NCBI RefSeq assembly: GCF_004010195.1 | Contig: NC_057719.1 | Coordinates: forward strand, 57,637 to 121,636 | Direction: 5' to 3' | Source: Chiloscyllium plagiosum | Taxonomy: Eukaryota | DNA: 64,000 nt | Part shown: positions 54,901-63,900 of the stretch, piece by piece | How positions within the stretch are numbered: the first letter of the stretch is position 1 | Layout of the letters: each line of letters begins with the position of its first letter | Position numbers and translations under genes: made by a program | The notes under the pieces: generated by a model | Databases searched by the model: none | What the model was told of the DNA's origin: nothing | The model's input: only the letters and a program-made list of their open reading frames with translations

Positions 54901-57900
54901 AAAGTGCAAGAACAGTATATGGGTTTAAGTTTGATTTGTATTTTTATGGTATTCATATTAAAATATTGTTGTGGTTCTGTTCGCCAAGCTGGGTATTTGT
55001 GTTGCAGACGTTTCGTCCCCTGTCTAGGTGACATCCTCAGTGCTTGGCCTCCTGTGAAACGCTTCTGTGATCTTTCCTCCAGCATTTGTAGTGGTTTGAA
55101 TCTGCCGCTTCCGGTTGTCAGTCCGAGCTGTCCGCTGCAGTGGTCGGTATATTGGGTCCAGGTCGATGTGCTTATTGATTGAATATGTGGATGAGTGCCA
55201 TGCCTCTAGGAATTCCCTGGCTGTTTTTTGGCTTGTCCTATAATAGTAGTGTTGTCCCAATTGAATTCATGTTGCTTGTCATCTGTGTGTGGCTACTAAG
55301 GGTAGCTGGTCATGTCGTTTCGTGGCTAGTTGGTGTTCATGGATGCGGATCATTAGCTGTCTTGCTGTTTGTCCTATGTAGTGTTTTGTGCAGTCCTTGC
55401 ATGGGATTTTGTACACTACATTGGTTGTATGTACACCAGCTTGTCTGAAGATTTGTTTACATGCATTTAATTAGGATCTTTAAAATCCTTGAGCTGAATA
55501 ACTCAGTCCACTAGAAAGTAATGTAGAAGAGAAAAGACGACTGCAGTTGTTTACCGATAGGAGTCCAGTATCCAAAACCATCCACAAGGTCAGCCACTGT
55601 GACATACATTTAAGGAACCTATGTTAAACACTATATGAGCAGTGTTAACAATTTAAGAATCTCAAAATAGAAATTTGATAAAACAAAACCCAGAAATTAG
55701 CCAAAAAGAAATTGATTTAGTTCTGCCAACTGAACAATGAGCTTTAAAGTGGATATAGTGTGACTCTTTACTGAGATTTAAGAATCTGTAAAGTTGTCAA
55801 GGGTAAAAGGTTTGCTTTTTTTTCCTGCTGTTTTGCAACAAGTCTGTTTCAATTCTTTTTCAGATACAAAAACTTTTTTTGTACAATAAATGTTTCTACT
55901 ATTTTGTTAAACGTACATGGATAGTGTTATGTGATTTTAGTATCTTGTATTTTTAGTATCACTTATTTTAGGTTTTGATTTTCAAATTAGAGATATGTTT
56001 TATTCTGTGCTTGAAGAGTTTAATGATTAACTTCTAAGTATTGAAGTACTGTAACCATGGTAAGTTATTTTAAAACAGCTGGAGGGCATCAGCTTCAAGA
56101 ATAATAGGGTTTTGTGCAGACTGGGAGAATTTTATGACCAAAGAAGGTAAACAAGCTCTGGAAGGTCAGGAATTATTTATTTTAAGATAAGCGGAAGTAT
56201 CCACAGCTAGGGAAAGATTTTTTAAATTTTCAAGTCAGGCCAGTTCTACAGACGTTTTTGAATAAAGATGGAGTATAAAACAGTGCTTCAGAAAAAGGAA
56301 GGAGACAGAACAAAGTTAGGGGTTTACGAATACTGCCATGCCAGAAGAGTTTGGATAAAATCCTGAAGAGGTTATTTGAAGCTGAGAACATTTTACTGTC
56401 AAGTGTATAACAACTCCAGGAAAACGTTGTTTGATTTTCCAGGCTGGAGGTTGAAGTCACAGTCAAATTAAGCCAATTGATGTCACAGAAAGAGATTCTG
56501 TTTTCTAAGTATTTTACAAGGATGCTTTTGAGTACTGAACAACATATTTTTGAGATCTAAAAAGGAGGTTTCTTTGGGATTAATGGGAGTATATATTATC
56601 TTGTGTTTCAAGTTTTTTGAAGTTTGTTTTGTAAGTAAATGGTTTATTGGTTTTTTGTTCTTTGTTTATTTTGATTAATTAAAAACTAAACTGACAGCAT
56701 TTTGTGCTTAGGTTTCAGTGTAAGATCATTCGATAAAACCATACCAAACTAAATTATGATCTATTAAGTCAGTTTTCAGTCTCACTTAGAGTCATAAAGA
56801 TGTGCACTTGTCCAGTAACATTATCAGCTGGGATCATAACACACATTACTCCGGTAACAGACTGCATTTTCAGGATAGGAAGAACCTGTTTCCCAAAGAA
56901 AGTCAGCTCAGCACCTTCAGTTTAAGAGTGGAATACCAATACCAATCTTCCTTCCATTGACTCTGTCTACAGTTCCCACTGTCTTGGGAAAGCAGCCAAT
57001 ATAATCAAAGACCCTTCCCACCTTAGTTATATTCTCTTCCACCTTCTTCCATTAAACAAAAGATACAAAAGTTTGAAAACACTAAAGATTTAAGAACAGC
57101 TTCTTCCCCATTACAATCAGACTTATGAATGGACCTCTGACATATTAGAGTTGATCTTTCTCTGCGCCTTCTCTGTAGCTATAACACTACATTCTGTTCT
57201 GTTACCATGATATACTTATGCAAGGTATGATTTGTCTAATTAGCACACAAAACAATACTTTTCACTGTATCTGGTACATGTGACAACAGCAAATCAAAAT
57301 CAATACCCAGTCAGAGTCAGCACCTTCAGAAGAGGAGGGGACCTGTATCCCAGAGACAGTCAGCACTTTCATGAAATGAGAATGTAAATTGGCTGGGAAG
57401 ATGAAAAAGCTTGCATAAGCTTTTAGTATGCTTTCCTTTATTAGTCAGAGTATTGAGTACAGGGGTTGGGAGGTCATGTTGGGGCTAAACAGGACATTGG
57501 TTAGGCCACTTTTGGAATATTGTGTGTAAATCTGGTCTGCTTTCTATCGGAAGGATGTTTTGAAACTTGAAAGGGTTCAGAAAAAATTTACAAGGATGCT
57601 GCCACAGTTGGAGAATTTGAGCTATAGGGAGAGGTGAATAGGCTGGGGCTGTTTTCCTTGGAGTGTCGGAGGCTGAGGGTTGACTTATAGAGGTTTATAA
57701 AATCATGAGGGACATGGATAGGATAATAGACAAAGTCTCTTCCCTGGGGTGGGGGAGTCCAGAACTAGAGGGCAAAGACTTGGGGTGAGAGGGGAAAGAT
57801 ATAAAAGAGAGCAGAGGTGCAACTTTTTCCCACAGAGGGTGGTACAGGTATGGAATGAGCTGTTTAGAGGAAGTGGTGGAGGCTGGTACGATTGCAACAT

Positions 57901-60900
57901 TTAAAAGGCATTTGGATAGGTATATGAATAGGAAGGGTTTGGAGGGATATGGTCCGGGATCTGGCAGATGGGACTAGATTGGATTGGGATATCTGGTCAG
58001 CATGGACGAGTCAGACCGAAGGGTCTGTTTCCATGCTGTACATCTCTATAACTCTATGTCACAAAGCATTCTTAAGCAGCAACCATGAAAGCAGTATTTG
58101 GAAATGAATTTATTATGCAGCAAGTTCTTGAAACCAGGAAGTTTAAAACAAATTCCTCTCCGCAAAAGTTTGTAGAAAATATAATCATTGCACATATTTA
58201 TAGCTGAATTCATACCTTGGTGACAAAGGAAGACTTTGCTTGTTTGGAGACAGAAATAATGCTGACCATCACAGCCTTGATACTTCCCCACAGTGAATAA
58301 GCTTCCATTTTCAATCTCCAGCCAGAATTCACCATGCTTCCCAGCTAACAGCGTGCCATCTTCACTCTGCAACAGAACACTCTCTCAGATATTTCTGTAC
58401 CTCAATTCACCTTGATGCCTTGAGATGGTGCTTGTGCATCTGTCACCTTCTTGAACACTGATGGTGATTTGACAATGTGCAATGAGATAACATATAGCAG
58501 CAGAATGAGGCTATTCAGCCCACTGAGTTTGCTCCTTCATTCAATCACGGCTGATGTGTTTCTCAAACTCATTCTCCTGTCATCTCCCTGTAACCCTTGA
58601 TCTCCTTACCAATCAAAATCCTACCTGGATCAGATCTGAGGAAGATTCACTTGAGGCAATATTAACTCTGATTTCTCTCCACAGATACTGCTAGAGTTTT
58701 TCCAGCATTTTCTATTTTTATCTGATTTACAGCATCTGCAGTTCTTTCTGTTTTTAAGATCCTAAGATTGTCTTAAATACACTCAATGATTTGGCCTCCA
58801 CAGCCTTTTGCAGCAATGGGTTCCATAAATCCACCACTCTCTGGCTGAAAAAACTCCCCCCATCAGAGTTGTGGGAGATTAAGAAATAATTGACTGTCTG
58901 CTGGAGGAGTGTTTGGATCTGGCTCATATCAGACTGCTTAGATCAGCTGAAGAGGCAGTTAGAGTCACTGAGGATCTTACAGGAGGCACAGAGTGTGATG
59001 GTTAGTAGTTTTAGAGAGATGATTATACCGCACATTCAGTCAGATAGATGGGTAACTATCAGGAAGTGTAGGAAGGTAGTTCAGAAGTCTCCTGTGACTG
59101 TTCCTCTCTCAAACAGATATACCATTTTGTTAGTGTTAAGGAGGATAGCCCCTCAGGGGAAAATAAAAGTGGCAGCCAGATCTTGGGCACCAAGAACGAA
59201 TCTTACGTTCAGCAGGGTTTGTCAAGATTCAAAAGAGTAATGAGGGACTCTCTTGGCTGGGGCACAGACAGGAGGTTCTGCGGCCGTGAGTATGAACTCA
59301 GGATGGTATGTTGCCTCCCTGATACCAGGGTCAAGGATGTCTCAAAACAGTTTGCAGCATATTGTCAAATGGGAGAGTGAGAAGCTGGAAGTTGTACACA
59401 TTGGTAAGAATGACATAATTAGGGAAAGGGTTAAGGCTTGCAGAGTAAATATAGGAGGTTAAAAAGCAGAACCTCAACGGTAGTAATTTCTGCAAAACAC
59501 CTGCTAGTGAGAGTAGGAAGACGACGACAGGGCAGATAAATCTATGGCTGAGGAGATGGTGCAGTGAGCAAGGATTCAGATTTTTGAATCATTGGGATCT
59601 CTTCTAGGACAGAAAAGACCTGTTCGAAAGGGGCAGGCTTCATTTGAACTGGAAGGAGACCAATATCTTGGCAGGGAGATTAACCAGTGCTATTTGGGAG
59701 CCTTTAAACTAGTTTTTTTGGAGTGGGGGTGGCGGTTGGGAGGATCCTAAGTAGTAGTGAGAATAGAAAGACAGATGAGGATGCTCTGAATTTTAGAAAG
59801 CGCAAGTTAGTTAGAAAAGGCAAGCAAAAGTCAGTCAGAGAACAAGGCAACTCTGATTAAATAAACTTCATTTATTTCAATGCAAGGGGTCTTACAGGTA
59901 AGGCAGATGAACTCAGGGCATGTATGGGAACAGGGGACTGCAACATCACAGCTATTGCAGAAACATGACTGAGTGAAGGACAGGACTGGCAGCTCAATGT
60001 TCCAGGGTTTAGATGCCATAAGAAGGATTGAAAGGGAGGAGAGAGAGGAGGAATAGCATTTTTGATTAATAAAACATTACTGAAGTACTTAAAAAAGGAT
60101 ATTTCTAAGTGTCTGTCCAATGTAGCTGCATGGGATGGTATTGTACTAATAGGTACCCGCAACAGTCAGACAGTAATTAAGCAGCAAATGTGTAGAGATC
60201 TCAGATTAAAAAAACAGGGTTGTAATTGCAGCGGATTTTAACTGTCCAAACATAGACTGGAGACTGCCACAGTGTTGAAGGCTTGGATGGTGAGGAAATG
60301 TGTTCAAGAATTTTTTTAAAAATCAAACCTACTAGAGATGGAACAAAACTTGATATTCTCTTGAAAAATAAGGCAGAGCAATTGACGAAAGTGTTAGTGG
60401 GGGAGCACTTTGGGACCAATGATCATAACTCTATTATTTTTTAAACAGTTATGGAAAAGGATAAAAGCTAACATTTTTAATTGGAGTAAGGCAAATTTTG
60501 ATGGTATGAGACTAGGGCCTCAGGCGACTGACTGTGTGGAGTTTGCACATTCTCCCCGTGTCTGCGTGGGTTTCCTCCAGGTGCTCCGGTTTCCTCCCAC
60601 AGTCTAAAGATGCACAGGTTAGGTGAATTGCCCGTGGTGTTAGGTGAAGGGGTAAATGTAGGGGAATGGGTCTGGGTGGGTTGCTCTTCGGAGAGTCAGT
60701 GTGGACTTGTTGGGCCAAAGGGCCTGTTTCCACATTGTAAGTAATCTAATTGATTGGAGTAGTTTATTCACAAGGAAAGGGATGACTGGCAAGTGGAAGG
60801 CTTTCAAAAGTTAGATAATGAGGTTTCAGAGACAGTATGTTCCTGTTAGAGTGAAGGGCAAGGCTGGTAAAAGTAGGGAACAATGGATAAATAAAGATAT

Positions 60901-63900
60901 TGAGGCTCTAGTCAAGAATAAGAAGTAGTCAAACATAAGATATAGTCATTTGGGATCAAGTGAATCCCTTAAAGAGTATAAGGGGTGTAGGGACATTCTT
61001 AAGAGAAAAATTCAGGAAGGCAAAAAGGAGGCATGAGAAAGCCTTGGCAGATAAGGCTAAGGATAATCCAGACAGATTCAGTAAGTACATTACGCACAAA
61101 AGAGCAATTAGGGAGGGAATAGGGTCCTTTAAAGGTCAACGAGGTTGTCTATGTGTGGAACCACAGATGAGAGAGATAATAAACAAATATATTTTACTGT
61201 AGACAAAGAAATAGAGGTGGGAGAACTCAGGAAAATAAATACTGATGTCTTGAAACATCAGTCTACATTACTGAAGAGGAAGTGCTAGAGGTCTTAAATG
61301 TGAATAAATCCCCAGGACTTGATCAAGTGTACCTCAGGACATTGTGGGGAGTTAGGGAAGAAATTCCAGGGCCCCAGCAGAGATATTTGCATCATCTACA
61401 GGTACAGGTCAGGTGCTGGAGGATTGGAGGGTGGCTAATGTTGAGCCTTTCTTTAAGAAAGGCTGTAAGGAGAAGCCTGGAAGGTACATACCTGTGAGTT
61501 GATAGTCATCATGGCTTTGTGTGTGGTAAATTGTTTTTTGAGGATGTAACCAAAACAACTGAGAGATCAGAGCAGTAGACATATGGACTTTGGTATAGTC
61601 TCTGACAGGGCTCCACATAGTAGACTATTAGTAAAGTTAGATCACATAAAATTCAGGGAGAGCTTGCCAATTGGATATAAAACATGCATGACTGTAGACG
61701 ACAGAGGATAGTGGCGGAGGGATGTTTTTCAGACTGGAGGCCTGTGACCAGTGGTAAGCTACAGGGATCGATACTGGGTCCACTTTTGTTCAGAATTCTT
61801 ATAAACAACTTACATGAGAATTTTGGAGGCATGTTAGTAAGTTTGCAAAATCAGTGGCATAATCAACAGTGAAGAAGGTTATACAAGATTACAAAGGGAT
61901 CTTGATCAATTAGGCTAATGGGCTGAGGAATGGCAGATAAGTTTAATTTGGCTAAATGTGGGGTGTTGCATTTTGGTAAAACAAACAAAGGCCATGAATT
62001 ATATAATTAATGGCACGGCCCTGGGTAATGTTATAGAACAGAGAGACCTAGAGATTCAGGTACATAATTCTTTGGAAGTTACATGATAGGTAAACAGGGT
62101 GGTTAAGACGACATTTAGAATGCTCGCCTTCTTTGCTCAGACCATTGTGTATAGGCGTTGGGATGTCAGGTTGAGGTTGTACAGGACATTAATAAGGCCA
62201 CTTTTGGGGTACTGTGTACGGTCCCGGTTGCCCTGCTATAGGAAGGATATTATTAAATTGGAGAAGGTTCAGAAAAGATTTACCAGGATGTTGTCCGGAA
62301 TAGGTGGGAGGGCTGGGACCTTTCTCACTGGAGCATAGGAGGTTGAGGGGTGATCTTATATCAGTGTCAGATCTAAAGAATCAATCCTTAACTCTGAGGT
62401 TGTACGCTTTGGTGTTAGTGTCTCTTACGAGTGGAAATATCTCCATGTTCACTTTATGCAGACCTCTCAGTTTTCTGTAAATTTAAATCAGATCCTCACT
62501 CATCCTTTTAAATTCCATCGAGTACAGACCCAGAGTTCTCAACTGTTTGTCATATCACAAGCCCTTCAGCCCCAGGATCATTCTTATAAACCTCCTCTAG
62601 ATCCCCGCAAATGTCAGCGCACATCCTTCCTCACATACAGGGCGCAAAACTATTCACAACATTACAAATGGTGTTGAACCAGAGGCTTGTACTGCTGAGG
62701 CTGTATATCTCTGCTCTTGTATTCTAGCCCTCCTGAAATGAATGCTAACATTGCATTGGACTTCCTAACTGTCAAATGAACCTGCATATTAACCTTGGGA
62801 TTCCAAGCTCAGAATTCTCCAAAGTCCCTTTGCTCTTCAGATTAATGTGAGGAAGATGATGGCATGGTGGTATTTATCACTATACTATTGACCCAGGTGA
62901 TGTTCTGGGTCCTAGGTTCAAATCCCACCATGACAAATGGCAGAATTTTAAATTCAATAAAAATCTGAAATTAAGAATCTAATGATGACCGTGAATCCAT
63001 TGTCAATTGTCGGAAAAACACATCTTGTTCACTAATGTCCTTTAGGGAAGGAAATCTGCTATTTTTACCTGGTGTGGCCTACATGTGGCTTCAGACCCAC
63101 AGCAATTTGGCTGACTCTTAACTCCCCTCTGGGCAACTAGGGGTGGGCAATAAATGCTGGCCTAGTCAGCGATACCCTCACCCTGTGAATAAAATTTTTA
63201 AAATCCCCAAAGCCTTTCCCAGTTTAGAAATTAGTCTACACGTTTAGTCTTCCTACCAAAGTGCTTAACCTCACACTTTCCCACATTGCTAGTTCCCCTC
63301 CAAGCCACTCACCATCCTGACTTGGAAATATATCGCCATTCCTTTATTGTCGCTGTGCTCTCCCTAAGGCCATTGCAGATCAACCTACAGCCTATGGACT
63401 GCAGCAGTTCAAGGCAGCAGCTCACCACCACCTTCTCAAAGGCAACTTGGACCAGGCAATAAATGCTGGCAAGCCAGCGACACTCATGTCCCACGGGTGA
63501 ATTAAAAAATAAATATTGTATTACATCTGCCACTTCTTTGCCCACTCTCCTACTCTGTCCAAGTTCCTCTGCAGCACCCTACTTCCTCAACACAATCTGT
63601 CCCTGCACCTATCTTAGTGCCATCCACAACTAAGTTAATTCTAAGACCACTGCTAAGGACAGTTAATAGTCAACCACAATAATGTAAGACTGGAATCAAA
63701 CAGGCTCAGACGAGATGAGGATAGCAAGTTTCCTCCCCTACAGAACATCACTGAACCAGTTGGGGTATTATTACAATCCAACAGATCACCTTTTCCTGAG
63801 ACCAGCCTCATATTTCTAGGTTTTAGTTATATCTGGATTTAAACACTCAGATGTTTCATGACGGCATTTGAATTCTCAATCAATGAATTACTAATTACTA

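Noticed and set aside
55598..56841. Possible second LTR ending in CATAACA
   Set aside because: No convincing 5' boundary or TSD could be identified by eye.
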